The notes: generated by a model not told the origin, from the letters alone. A stretch of DNA of 64,000 bases from Candidatus Poribacteria bacterium (GCA_965198235.1 OZ240248.1:4998881-5062880); one strand, 5' to 3'; positions 29,149-38,645 are shown, counted from the stretch's first letter. Numbers and translations: made by a program.

Positions 29149-29919
29149 TTAGTATTCTTTCCGCTTGAGGATGCCCCAAGTTACTGCGATTTTCCCTGCG
29201 GGTTCTACCGCAACCCCTAAGGCAGTCAAACCGTTATTCATAATATCAGCAATATCGGCATCAGTCAAAGGCGAGTGGAAGAGACCGACTTCGTCCATTG
29301 CCCCTACGAACCAATTGCCATTCGGATCCCAAACGCCACACCCGCCGATATTCACGTTGAAATCGGATCTGCCGTGATTGGACCACTTCCCGTTTTTTGT
29401 GGTAGGATTGCCATCGATGTAAACCTTCGTGAATTCTTGGGAAGCCACAGCGGCAACATGGTGCCACTCACCCGGTGGATGCTCGTATGGATTATTATTA
29501 ATACCGGCTGAGGGGGTCCATAGCGAAACGGTACCAGGGTCAATAAAACCGAATTCCGGTGAATCGTTCTGCCCAATTAATCCGATGCGATTCTCGGTGA
29601 TAGTTCCCGGTTTTATCCACGCAACAACCGTGAATTCCTTCTTGCCGTTAAGAAGTTTTTTGTTTGTGTTGACACAGCTGCCATCAAATGCTAAAGCACT
29701 ACCGAATCGTCCATCCACCCAAATGGGTGCGTTAACAATCGTTCCATGGTTATTGTTTCCTGAGGAGTCCATCGCTGTGCTTCCGCCCGCTTCGTCGAAC
29801 AGCCAAAGACCGACAACACTGCTCGGGTCAATTTCGGCACTACTACTGTTCACGGTAACGAGACTGATCGCCATCAGCCCTAAACTAAACAGGATAAATG
29901 TTAAAGCGTTAAATTTCAT
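29149..29919 (-). CDS. Exported LamG-like domain protein with TTW-type tail
   Basis: Signal peptide. LWLFDE..A.DSSGN.NHG, typical of LamG_3, and MDEVGLFHSPLTDADI. Tail PAGKIAVTWGILKRKEY. Confidence 0.7.
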   Translation of the reverse strand: MKFNALTFILFSLGLMAISLVTVNSSSAEIDPSSVVGLWLFDEAGGSTAMDSSGNNNHGTIVNAPIWVDGRFGSALAFDGSCVNTNKKLLNGKKEFTVVAWIKPGTITENRIGLIGQNDSPEFGFIDPGTVSLWTPSAGINNNPYEHPPGEWHHVAAVASQEFTKVYIDGNPTTKNGKWSNHGRSDFNVNIGGCGVWDPNGNWFVGAMDEVGLFHSPLTDADIADIMNNGLTALGVAVEPAGKIAVTWGILKRKEY

Positions 29920-30239
29920 TTGAATCCTCTCACTTTCTTTAGAGATTTGCCGCGCTGCAACGCGGACTGTTTCGTGGCACTACTCCACTGTCTGTCAAAC
30001 TATCGGCGCATGTTGATCGCCTGATGTTCCGCGCAAGGTTAGAAATAGGCATTAAATATATTTTGACATATTTTGCATTAAAATGCAAGTTTTTTTTCTG
30101 AACACGCTATTTTACCATTGTAGCAGACATGCACAATAATTATCAAACGAAATTAATTCAATTGTTTTCAGTTCGCTATGGGATACTTTAGTAAACGAGC
30201 GAATCGAGATTATAGACTTTACCTATAAGCAGTTTTGTT

Positions 30240-31244
30240 TCACTGAATTTCCACGCTCACGCCAACGGCTTTGCGAACCTTCGCCAGAATTGGTATCGCG
30301 ATATCTCGTGCTTTTTCCGCCCCCTTTTCGAGTATTTTATCCAACTCATCAGGACTGTCCATTAACGCATTATACCGATCGCGTTGCTCGGAAAAGGTAG
30401 CCTCCAGCAACTCAAACAGTTCCTGTTTCATTGCACCGTAGGCGAGTCCGCCCTCAAGATAGAGTTGTCGCTTCTCAGCGACGGCATCCACATCCGCGAG
30501 ATGACGATAGATCGCAAAGATGCTACATTCGTCTGGGTCTTTGGGATCTTCTGGACGCTTGGAATCGGTTACAATGCGCCTGACAGGTTTGCGCACTTGG
30601 TTAGAAGGTGCGAAGATCGGGATGACGTTGTTATAACTTTTACTCATCTTTCTGCCGTCGATTCCGGGGATAGTCATCACCTCTTCCCGAATTACGGCTT
30701 CCGGAATCGTCAAAACGTCGCCATAATTTTTGTTGAAAGTCAAGGCAACATCGCGTGTAATTTCGAGGTGTTGCTGCTGGTCAAGCCCGACTGGCACAAT
30801 GTGTGTCCCGAAAAGGAGAATGTCCGCTGCCATCAAAACCGGATAGGTGAAGAGTCCTGCATTAATGTTCTTATCCTCTTCACGTCCGGCTGCAATGTTG
30901 TCGTCAACGATCGCTTTGTAGGCGTGTGCGCGGTTGAGCAAGCCCTTCGTTGTGAAACACGCCAACACCCACGCCAACTCGAATACCTCCGGAACATCCG
31001 ATTGACGGTAGAAAATCACCTCATCTGGGTTTAACCCCAATGCCAACCACGTCGCAGTTGCTTGGTGGGTTAAATGCACTAACTGTTTCTTGTCCTTTAC
31101 GGTGGTGAGCGCGTGGTAATCTGCGATAAAGTAAAGTGCTTGATATCTTTCCGCGAGTTCCAGTGCTGGTTTGATCATACCGAGGTAGTTCCCAATGTGC
31201 GGCTGTCCTGTTGGTTTGATTCCAGTTAATGTAATCTGTTTCAA
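30240..31244 (-). CDS. trpS: Tryptophan--tRNA ligase
   Basis: TGIKPTGQPHIGNYLG (HIGH-type) and KMSKS. 334 aa. Confidence 0.95.
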   Translation of the reverse strand: MKQITLTGIKPTGQPHIGNYLGMIKPALELAERYQALYFIADYHALTTVKDKKQLVHLTHQATATWLALGLNPDEVIFYRQSDVPEVFELAWVLACFTTKGLLNRAHAYKAIVDDNIAAGREEDKNINAGLFTYPVLMAADILLFGTHIVPVGLDQQQHLEITRDVALTFNKNYGDVLTIPEAVIREEVMTIPGIDGRKMSKSYNNVIPIFAPSNQVRKPVRRIVTDSKRPEDPKDPDECSIFAIYRHLADVDAVAEKRQLYLEGGLAYGAMKQELFELLEATFSEQRDRYNALMDSPDELDKILEKGAEKARDIAIPILAKVRKAVGVSVEIQ

Positions 31245-31308
31245 TTCTCTGCCATCCTCCTTTATGGATATAATTTTATTTTATTATAACCCGCTTGGGC
31301 TTATATAT

Positions 31309-32139
31309 TTAATCAAACCTCTGAATTACGACGGGATCGCCCCACTTTAAGCCCAAACCTTCTTTAGCGTTCCCACCATTTATAGCAATTTCTAACAACC
31401 CACAGCTTCCGATGATTGCCAGAGGTTTGCCGACTCCAGATTCAGCGTAAGCACGGTTCAGCCGATTAAGTCTCGCACTTCCAACTCTGATTTCATATAT
31501 AGGCATCTTTCCCGTAGACGCGCTTTCTAAGCGAGCAATTGCGGTTTCCGATATATTTGTTATTGCATTCCCAAATCTGTCAATTTTAACAATCTGCCCT
31601 GTCAGTGTATGACCGGAGAGTTCTGGCACTTGAATCGGTAGTTGAACGAGGGTTTGCACCGGCGGACCGATGTCATTAAGCAATACACCGAGCGATAAGT
31701 GTGCTGCAACGGGCGCGAAGATATCCCTACCGTGGAATGTGTTGCTTACTTCTGACAAATAGTACGTACTGTTTTGAATCGCCACGGAATCTATGGGTTG
31801 TTCCCCTTCGTTCTCAACACTATGCAATAGATAACTCAGCACGCCATTGTCGGGACAGACGAAAAATGCGCTGTCTGTTTGGCAAACTATTGCCTGTCGA
31901 TCACTCCCTACACCCGGATCAACTACGATGATATGAATCGTTCCTTTTGGGAAGTAGTTGTAGGCAGCATAAATTGAGAAAGCCGCTTCGTAGATATCTT
32001 GTGGTGGAATGGCGTGTGTGAGGTCAACTATCTGTGCATTCGGATTAATACTGAGGATGACCCCCTTCATGATTCCGACATAAGTATCGATTGTGCCGAA
32101 GTCGGTTGTTAGCGTGATGATACGAGGTGATTCGTTCAT
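31309..32139 (-). CDS. S-adenosyl-L-methionine hydroxide adenosyltransferase family protein (DUF62)
   Basis: IITLTTDFGTIDTYVGIMKGVI, VVDPGVGS and HGRDIFAP motifs. Confidence 0.85.
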   Translation of the reverse strand: MNESPRIITLTTDFGTIDTYVGIMKGVILSINPNAQIVDLTHAIPPQDIYEAAFSIYAAYNYFPKGTIHIIVVDPGVGSDRQAIVCQTDSAFFVCPDNGVLSYLLHSVENEGEQPIDSVAIQNSTYYLSEVSNTFHGRDIFAPVAAHLSLGVLLNDIGPPVQTLVQLPIQVPELSGHTLTGQIVKIDRFGNAITNISETAIARLESASTGKMPIYEIRVGSARLNRLNRAYAESGVGKPLAIIGSCGLLEIAINGGNAKEGLGLKWGDPVVIQRFD

Positions 32140-32142
32140 TGG

Positions 32143-32943
32143 TTACAGGTTTGCTTGCATCCAAGCGAAACTTTTTCGTTGACCTGTGCCGTCGTTTTCT
32201 CTGCCTTCATACTCACAGCACCAGACGCCGTCATAGCCTGCTTCTCTCAGACAGCGGATTGCTTTTGCCAGGTCTATTTCACCTTCACCGAGTGCCTCGC
32301 CGCGGTAATTGCCACGTGAACCCGTCCCGTCTTTCAGATGCGTGTGCAATGTATAAGGGGCGACGATCTCGTAATATCTGCCCACGGTTTCTAAATCATG
32401 ACCCGCCCAACGGTAATTCATCGTGTCCATATTCGCACCGACATATTTGGAACCGACCCGTTCAAAGAGCTCTACCTGCAAGTCACCGTCATTTGTAACG
32501 ATACCGTGGTTGTCCACTGCCAGGTAGACCTCATCACGTTCAGCGAATTCAAGGCATCGTGTCAGGCATCCAGCCATTGCTTCAACCCACCGACTTTCTG
32601 GGACAGCATCTTTTGCGGAGCCACCTTCAGTGCGGAGAACTGAGGTGCCGAGGCGTGTCGCAAGTCCCGATATGCGTTCCATCCGGGCAACTTGGGAGCG
32701 AATGGTTTCCTCTTCCAACACAACGAAATCGTTCCCCGCAGCAAGTGCGGAGACTTGTAAACCGTAACCTTCAACCTGTGCTCTCACGGCTTCCGCATTT
32801 TGTTCAGGATTCGCGACATCCGAGTTCCATACGTCGCCAATCTGGAGCTCGACGTAGCCGAACCCTGTTTCACTGGTAAATTTCAGAAAATCGTCAAGTG
32901 ATTTACTTGCGTAGTTGTAATGGATAAGTCCTAATTTTGGCAT
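32143..32943 (-). CDS. Sugar phosphate isomerase/epimerase (xylose-isomerase-like TIM barrel)
   Basis: 266 aa. AP-endonuclease-2/XylI-like pattern (GFGYVEL.., LAVDNHG, HLKD, CCEYEG). Confidence 0.8.
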   Translation of the reverse strand: MPKLGLIHYNYASKSLDDFLKFTSETGFGYVELQIGDVWNSDVANPEQNAEAVRAQVEGYGLQVSALAAGNDFVVLEEETIRSQVARMERISGLATRLGTSVLRTEGGSAKDAVPESRWVEAMAGCLTRCLEFAERDEVYLAVDNHGIVTNDGDLQVELFERVGSKYVGANMDTMNYRWAGHDLETVGRYYEIVAPYTLHTHLKDGTGSRGNYRGEALGEGEIDLAKAIRCLREAGYDGVWCCEYEGRENDGTGQRKSFAWMQANL

Positions 32944-33070
32944 AAATTTATCTGCTCCCCTTTGAGTAACCGGATCCCATAAGATCAGTTAAAAACCGCT
33001 CTTATCGTGTGTGGCTAACCGCTGACTGCTGATAGTTCTCACTGCGAAGCATGCTGACAGCTAAAAAGAC

Positions 33071-33099
33071 TTGCATCAATTTAGTTGTTATGCTATAAT
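33071..33099 (+). promoter_or_regulatory. Near-consensus sigma-70 promoter (TTGCAT-17-TATAAT)
   Basis: -35 at 33071-33076 and -10 at 33094-33099. About 100 nt upstream of the mqn radical-SAM gene. Confidence 0.45.
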
Positions 33100-33202
33100 A
33101 CCTTTACTGAGGAATAAGTGTCAAGCAATTTTTCACTTTCTATAGCAAGTTTTGGCTTGCAAACTTCGTGGGAAAATGGAGAACCGATTAGGATAAAAAA
33201 TA

Positions 33203-34339
33203 ATGGAGAACTATAGTCGTTTTACGGACCCCAAGTTGCCTGAAATCTATGAGAAGGTCAAGGCAGAACAACGACTCTCCTTTGAGGAGGGGGTCGCGCT
33301 TTATGAAAGCCCGGATATTACAGGGGTTGGATTTATAGCGAATCATGCCCGTGAACGTCTAAATGGAAACGTCGCTTACTATAACATCAACCAGCATATT
33401 GATTATTCAAATGTCTGTATTCTACACGCCCGGTGCCATTTTTGTGCTTTTGCCCGAAAAAATATGCAAACGGAAGGGGCGTGGGAAATGAGTGTTGATG
33501 AATTTTTAGACAAGGCGATGTATTCTATAGGGCACGGATGCACTGAGATTCACAGTGTTGGTGGGTTACATCCTAAATTACCTTTCGATTACTATTTAGA
33601 CATCATCCGCGGACTCAAGGAACGGATGCCACAGGTACACCTCAAATTCTTCACAGCTGTTGAAATCCATCACTTTTCGCGTATCTTTAAAATGTCGATA
33701 GAAAAAGTTTTAGCCGAATTACGGGATATAGGTTTGGATTCATTGCCCGGCGGTGGTGCTGAAATATTTGCGGAAGAAACGCGCGAGAAGATTTGCCCAG
33801 GAAAACTGAGTGCAGAAGGATGGCTGGAGGTTCACGACATCGCACACCGTCTCGGTATTCCCACAAATGCAACGATGCTTTACGGGCACCTTGAGACAAA
33901 CGAGGATAGAGTAGATCATTTCATTCGGTTGCGGGAGCAACAGGATAAGTCCGGTGGTTTCGTGACGTTCATTCCACTTGCGTTTCATCCTGCCAACACT
34001 CGCATGGCGTATCTACCCTCGACGACGGGTCTGACCGATCTTCGGAACATCGCCGTTGCACGTTTGATGCTCGATAACCTGCCGCACATTAAAGTTTACT
34101 GGATTATGACCGGCTTGAAAACGGCACAGGTCGCACTCCGTTTCGGGGCTGACGATATTGATGGCACTGTAACCGAGGAAAAAATTACACACATGGCGGG
34201 AGCGGACACGCCAGAGGCTGTTTCCGTTTCAGCACTAACACACCTCATTGAGGAGGCTGGCTTCGTCCCTGTTGAGCGTGATACACTTTACAATGAGATC
34301 ATTCGAGAGGGGAATCAGTGGTACAGAAAAGCCGCTTAA
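33203..34339 (+). CDS. Futalosine-pathway radical SAM enzyme (MqnE aminofutalosine synthase / MqnC-type; not resolved)
   Basis: CILHARCHFCAF cluster motif, GGLHP, and about 378 aa. Adjacent to mqnA. Confidence 0.8.
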   Translation: MENYSRFTDPKLPEIYEKVKAEQRLSFEEGVALYESPDITGVGFIANHARERLNGNVAYYNINQHIDYSNVCILHARCHFCAFARKNMQTEGAWEMSVDEFLDKAMYSIGHGCTEIHSVGGLHPKLPFDYYLDIIRGLKERMPQVHLKFFTAVEIHHFSRIFKMSIEKVLAELRDIGLDSLPGGGAEIFAEETREKICPGKLSAEGWLEVHDIAHRLGIPTNATMLYGHLETNEDRVDHFIRLREQQDKSGGFVTFIPLAFHPANTRMAYLPSTTGLTDLRNIAVARLMLDNLPHIKVYWIMTGLKTAQVALRFGADDIDGTVTEEKITHMAGADTPEAVSVSALTHLIEEAGFVPVERDTLYNEIIREGNQWYRKAA

Positions 34340-35157
34340 GGGTTGGCGCAGTCTCGTTTCTGAACACCAAACCGCTCATTTATTCCCTTTTGAACGAAGA
34401 AGTCCAAACGGATATTGCGCTGAGTGTTGATGTGCCAAGCCGCGTTGCGGCACTTTTAAGCAAAGGTGAGCTGGATGTTGGGTTAATTCCGATTGTTGAA
34501 TATTTTCGTGCGAATCCTTCGCATACGTCTTACTGCATTTTACCAGATATATCAATTGCGTCTCACGGAAGGGTGAAAAGTATCCAACTATTCAGTCGCG
34601 TTCCGATTCCAGAGATTCGACGTATTGGACTCGATACGAATTCCCGGACATCTATTGCGCTGCTTAAGATCCTACTCGCTGAGAAGTATCAAATCTCTCC
34701 AGCGTTCACAACTTGTAGACCAACAGTAAATCCAAAGACTGCCCTTCAAAATCGCCAAGATCCGCCTTTTGATGCAATCCTTCTCATCGGAGACGCAGCA
34801 CTCAGACACTTCGGTTCAACTGAATACAGTATGGACCCCGGTGAGGTGTGGTATAAGTTCACGGGTTTACCGTTCGTTTATGCCTGTTGGGTTGCCAGGA
34901 CGGAAGCGCATCTCGGTGATTTACCGGAGTTACTCCTTAAATCAAAGGCACATGGTATCGCACGAATCCCAGAAATCGCACGGATTGAGGCGCAAAAGCT
35001 TGGTTTGCCCGAGAAACTCTGCAGCCATTATTTGCAACATCATATCAAATATGACTTGGACGAATCTGCGATTAAAGGTCTTGAACTTTTTTATAAGTAT
35101 GCTGTGAAGAACGATCTTGCGCCGCCGTGTCGTCGTCTGTCTTTTGCGTCTAGTTGA
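34318..35157 (+). CDS. mqnA: Chorismate dehydratase (menaquinone via futalosine, step 1)
   Basis: LRVGAVSFLNTKPLIYSL, and a periplasmic-binding-protein-like length of 279 aa. GTG start overlaps the upstream gene. Confidence 0.8.
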   Translation: MVQKSRLRVGAVSFLNTKPLIYSLLNEEVQTDIALSVDVPSRVAALLSKGELDVGLIPIVEYFRANPSHTSYCILPDISIASHGRVKSIQLFSRVPIPEIRRIGLDTNSRTSIALLKILLAEKYQISPAFTTCRPTVNPKTALQNRQDPPFDAILLIGDAALRHFGSTEYSMDPGEVWYKFTGLPFVYACWVARTEAHLGDLPELLLKSKAHGIARIPEIARIEAQKLGLPEKLCSHYLQHHIKYDLDESAIKGLELFYKYAVKNDLAPPCRRLSFASS

Positions 35158-35170
35158 AAGGGGGCGGAAA

Positions 35171-35671
35171 ATGGAAGCCGTTGAAGAAGCCACTCGCGAT
35201 ACAGAGTTCGCAAAGCAGTTTGAAGATTATCTCAAAAGTTGTGGACTCCGTTTGACCCAAAAGCGATTGGACATTTTAAACCAGGTCTTTGACTATCCCG
35301 GACATTTTCAGACAGAGGACCTTCTGGTGCAGATGCGTCGAAACGGCTATCTGGTGTCGCGTCCGACGATCTATCGGACGTTGCCGCTGCTGGTAAGAAG
35401 TGGACTGCTGACAGAATTTATCGATGCACAGAAGAACACTCGTTATGAGAGTATTCATTCACTTCGGGAGCATGCGCATCTTATCTGTCTTCGGTGTAGT
35501 CAGATTGTTGAGTTTAAAGAACCGCAAATTGATGCGTTGCAGAAAGCGGTGTGTGAAGCGCACGACTTTAAAGCCGTGCGCTTCCGTAATGAAATAATTG
35601 GTTATTGTGCTGAATGCCAAGCAGAATTAGAGCCAAGGACACCTGATAAAGACGACGAAACTACTGCTTGA
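35171..35671 (+). CDS. Fur-family metalloregulator
   Basis: Start at the ATG at 35171. LRLTQKRLDILNQVF winged helix, HAHLICLRCSQIVEF, and a CAEC second CxxC. Confidence 0.85.
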   Translation: MEAVEEATRDTEFAKQFEDYLKSCGLRLTQKRLDILNQVFDYPGHFQTEDLLVQMRRNGYLVSRPTIYRTLPLLVRSGLLTEFIDAQKNTRYESIHSLREHAHLICLRCSQIVEFKEPQIDALQKAVCEAHDFKAVRFRNEIIGYCAECQAELEPRTPDKDDETTA

Positions 35672-35916
35672 GCCGACTCCACGTTGTGGTTAGCAATCCA
35701 TCCGGATGCACCGGCAAAGTCTTTTCGTCGGCTTTCTCGTAGTCTTCATCCGTAGGTTGATATTCCAGGTCACTGGACCAGCAGAAAACATCGTACTGGA
35801 CCTGGAGCGAACTCTGCCGTGTCCATATCATCATGACGTTCTCACCGTCTTGTAAATGGCTGGACCAGCAGAAGACAGAGGGTTAAACCGAGCGTTAATT
35901 GGAATCTCTGAAGCAT
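35661..35916 (-). pseudogene. Decayed small secreted-protein gene carrying the TTW-type tail
   Basis: The ATG at 35916 (after AAGGAG) gives MLQRFQLTLGLTLCLLLVQPFTRR-stop. A +1 frame continues ..VFCWSS..MMIWTRQ..DVFCWSSDLEYQ..HPDGLLTTTWSRLKQ-stop at 35661. Its 3' end overlaps the fur-family stop by 11 nt. Confidence 0.3.
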
Positions 35917-35984
35917 TATGCATTCTCCTTCATTTGTTTTGAGTCAGTTTAAACGAATTAAGGGAGATTGTAAACTTTAAAAAT

Positions 35985-36013
35985 TTGACAATCGTCTGGA
36001 AATATCGTATAAT
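35985..36013 (+). promoter_or_regulatory. Perfect-consensus sigma-70 promoter (TTGACA-17-TATAAT) upstream of the Fe-S genes
   Basis: -35 at 35985-35990 and -10 at 36008-36013, about 68 nt upstream of ATG 36081. Confidence 0.5.
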
Positions 36014-36080
36014 TGCAAAAACAGGTTTCTTTCTAATAAAATTATAGACGTGCCTTCTTCTGCGATGCGGGAAATGTCCC

Positions 36081-36461
36081 ATGTATACGCCACAGGTGAC
36101 CGAACATTACGAAAACCCGCGCAATATCGGAACTATCGTCGATGCTGATGGCACTGCCAGTGTCGGTTCTCCGGCTGACGGTGAGATGATAAAACTGACA
36201 CTCAAAATATCGAATGACGTGATCGTTGCAGCGAAATTTCGAGCCTTCGGTTGCCCTACCGCTATCGCGAGTGCTTCGATCCTCACTGAACTGATTATAG
36301 GCACTCAGGTCCCGGAGGCATTGGAAATTACTGCTGTGCAGCTTTCTGATGCGTTGGGAAGACTGCCGCTGGATAAACAACGTTACGCGAACACTGCTGA
36401 AAAAGTCCTAAAAATGGCAATTGCTGATTTTCTGTCCAAGAAGGAGGGGCAGTCATCATGA
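36081..36461 (+). CDS. IscU/NifU-N-like protein lacking two of the three cluster-ligand cysteines
   Basis: HYENPRNIG and FGCPTAIASAS are conserved. GAPACGD has become GSPADGE, and LPPVKIHC has become LPLDKQRY. Confidence 0.8.
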   Translation: MYTPQVTEHYENPRNIGTIVDADGTASVGSPADGEMIKLTLKISNDVIVAAKFRAFGCPTAIASASILTELIIGTQVPEALEITAVQLSDALGRLPLDKQRYANTAEKVLKMAIADFLSKKEGQSS

Positions 36462-36787
36462 TTACTGTCACAGAATCTGCCGCGCAAAAAGCGGTCGCTC
36501 TCATTAGCCACAGTGAAGCTCCAGCTGAATCCGAACTCGGCTTGCGGATGCAGGTTATCGGCGGTGGATGCTCCGGTTTCCAATATAATCTTGAGCTTGG
36601 TGCCGCGAAAGGGACCGACAAAGTTTTTGAATTTCACGGCTTGAAAGTTTTCATCGATCCTCGTAGTACGCTCTATCTCGCAGGCTCGGTACTCGACTAT
36701 AACGATGGGTTGATGGATTCAGGCTTTAAAATAACAAATCCGAACGCTAAAAATACATGCGGTTGTGGTGAGTCGTTTAGCGTTTAA
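36458..36787 (+). CDS. IscA/HesB-family iron-sulfur cluster insertion protein
   Basis: 109 aa. GGGCSGF..NPNAKNTCGCGESF C-terminal signature. ATGA overlap with the upstream gene. Confidence 0.9.
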   Translation: MITVTESAAQKAVALISHSEAPAESELGLRMQVIGGGCSGFQYNLELGAAKGTDKVFEFHGLKVFIDPRSTLYLAGSVLDYNDGLMDSGFKITNPNAKNTCGCGESFSV

Positions 36788-36923
36788 CTGGTTTGGTCTG
36801 TTCTGCAGCAGATAACCGGTTTTTAAAATATCGATCTCCGTTCAAGCGCGCCTGAAAGTTTCTATGGCTTTACAAGCGCGCTTTTCGGTAATTGGGTATC
36901 CCAATAGATTTCATTCGTTGGTG

Positions 36924-38270
36924 TTACACCCACGAAGATCCTAACTCGTGCACCTTCAATGATACTATAGTTACTGGATTTCCCTCCGTGTAGATTCCGA
37001 TATCTGCGTTCTCCTGATCTGGGAGGAAATAGGATGTCATTGAGAGCTTACCATCGTCTCCGAATGCTTCGATAGAAATACGGTCGACTAAAATTTGCAA
37101 GCGGATTTTCCCATTTTGTGGCGCGAGGGGTCCGCTCTTTTCTAAGAATGTTAGTTGCTGCGATTCAACATCGTAACGGACATCCTGCCCGCGAATTTTG
37201 AAACCAACGGCGGTAGCATCGTTCAGGGCTATTTCAGCACGGATGTCGAACAACTCACCCGTCAGTCCAGAAAGCGGATCTTCATCCGGCTTGAGCGGGA
37301 GATCGCTCCACGCGTGCGTATACATGTGGATATTTTCGATCTCTGAGACCGGTTCTCGATGTAGACGTATACCTTCTGGAGTCGTCCGAAGGGTCAACTT
37401 GCACGGAAAGCTCATCTGTTGATTAAAAGGCATATCCGGTGGGTTACTGCCACTCATCCAAGCGATTTGAATACGTCTGCCATCGGATTCTGGGACATCG
37501 CTCCATGTTTGCGCTGCATAGAAGTTGGCACCGTAGTCAGAGCGTTGTGCGTCCCTTTCCGGAGTAAAGGTCGTTCCATCGAAATTACCGACGTAATATT
37601 TCCCTGCCGCACCCCAGAAAACCCATTTGGTATTATCGGGATCACCGTCAACGGGAAGCTCAAAGATGTCGGGGCATTCTGTGTCGGGAATCTGTAAGTC
37701 GGATAACCGTGTCCACTCCTTAAGGTTTGTCGAACCGAATAAGGTGTAGTCATTTTGGTCAAGATAGAGAGCCATCACCCACTTTTGCGTCGGTTCGTGC
37801 CAGATCACCTTGGGGTCGCGGTTACTCCCGACAAGATGTTCAATCACGGGATTCCCTTCATATTTTGTCCAACTTCGTCCGCGATCGTTGCTGTAGGCGA
37901 TACTTTGTGTAAATGGAACCTCTTTCGGAGCGTGGCTGCCTGCCGACGTGTAAAAATTGACGAGTACCGCCTCGTCGCCGGTCTGAAAACCACCGGTATT
38001 CTTCCAGTCCACGACACCAGAGCCGGAGAAGATTGTACCGAGTTCATCTGGATGGAGGGCATGCGGAAGTTGCTTCCAGTGGACGAGGTCTGTGCTGACA
38101 GCGTGTCCCCAGGTCATATTGCCCCAATCGATACCGGATGGGTTGTGTTGGAAGAAGAGGTGAAATTCGCCTTTGTAGTGGATTAAACCGTTCGGGTCGT
38201 TAGTCCAATTGGTTTTCGGTGTAAAGTGGAACTGTGGACGATACGCTTCCTTGTAAGCCGTTTGAATCAT
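36924..38270 (-). CDS. Glycoside hydrolase family 32 (fructan/sucrose beta-fructosidase)
   Basis: WTNDPNGL (nucleophile Asp), RDP, and an EC(P)D-type motif (TECPDIFEL). Confidence 0.9.
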   Translation of the reverse strand: MIQTAYKEAYRPQFHFTPKTNWTNDPNGLIHYKGEFHLFFQHNPSGIDWGNMTWGHAVSTDLVHWKQLPHALHPDELGTIFSGSGVVDWKNTGGFQTGDEAVLVNFYTSAGSHAPKEVPFTQSIAYSNDRGRSWTKYEGNPVIEHLVGSNRDPKVIWHEPTQKWVMALYLDQNDYTLFGSTNLKEWTRLSDLQIPDTECPDIFELPVDGDPDNTKWVFWGAAGKYYVGNFDGTTFTPERDAQRSDYGANFYAAQTWSDVPESDGRRIQIAWMSGSNPPDMPFNQQMSFPCKLTLRTTPEGIRLHREPVSEIENIHMYTHAWSDLPLKPDEDPLSGLTGELFDIRAEIALNDATAVGFKIRGQDVRYDVESQQLTFLEKSGPLAPQNGKIRLQILVDRISIEAFGDDGKLSMTSYFLPDQENADIGIYTEGNPVTIVSLKVHELGSSWV

Positions 38271-38416
38271 TAACTATTTCCTTTCCGTTTTGAAAATGTA
38301 AAGAGATACGCGCCTTTTTCGCTGTTTTGCACACTATTCTATGCATGTTTTTTATTTTGTCAAGTGTGCCTTCTTGTTCTTTGAGACCATTTAGTCTTCC
38401 CTATTATAAGCCCAAC

Positions 38417-38490
38417 GGTTCAGGGAAACTATTTATTGCCAATCAACACGCATTAAGGAACGTGCGATGAATCGCACGACTACAAACACA
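38417..38490 (+). repeat. Intergenic structured repeat, copy c
   Basis: GGTTC-AGGGAAACTATTTATTGCC..GAACGTGCGATGAATCGCACGACTACAAACACA. Lacks the GTAGT of copies a and b. Confidence 0.6.
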
Positions 38491-38645
38491 CTCGACGGAT
38501 AGCCTCTAATCCGCTGACCTTTGTGAAGGTGCATCCGAAAATGTGTATGAGTGGTAAAATTGAATCACTTTACTTACCCGACACTTTTCGCGGTAAAATT
38601 TCCGTGGAACCTGAAGCGGAATAGCTGCAGTAACGGAGGCAGATA

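Noticed and set aside
30073-30097. Palindrome TTGCATT-AA-AATGCAA followed by T8 as the trpS terminator.
   Set aside because: The T-run follows the hairpin only on the plus strand, whereas trpS is on the minus strand. The stem is AT-rich with a 2-nt loop. It could be an operator or a weak plus-strand terminator, but the evidence is insufficient.
30384-31034. 216-aa plus-strand ORF.
   Set aside because: It is antisense to trpS (HIGH/KMSKS motifs on the minus strand).
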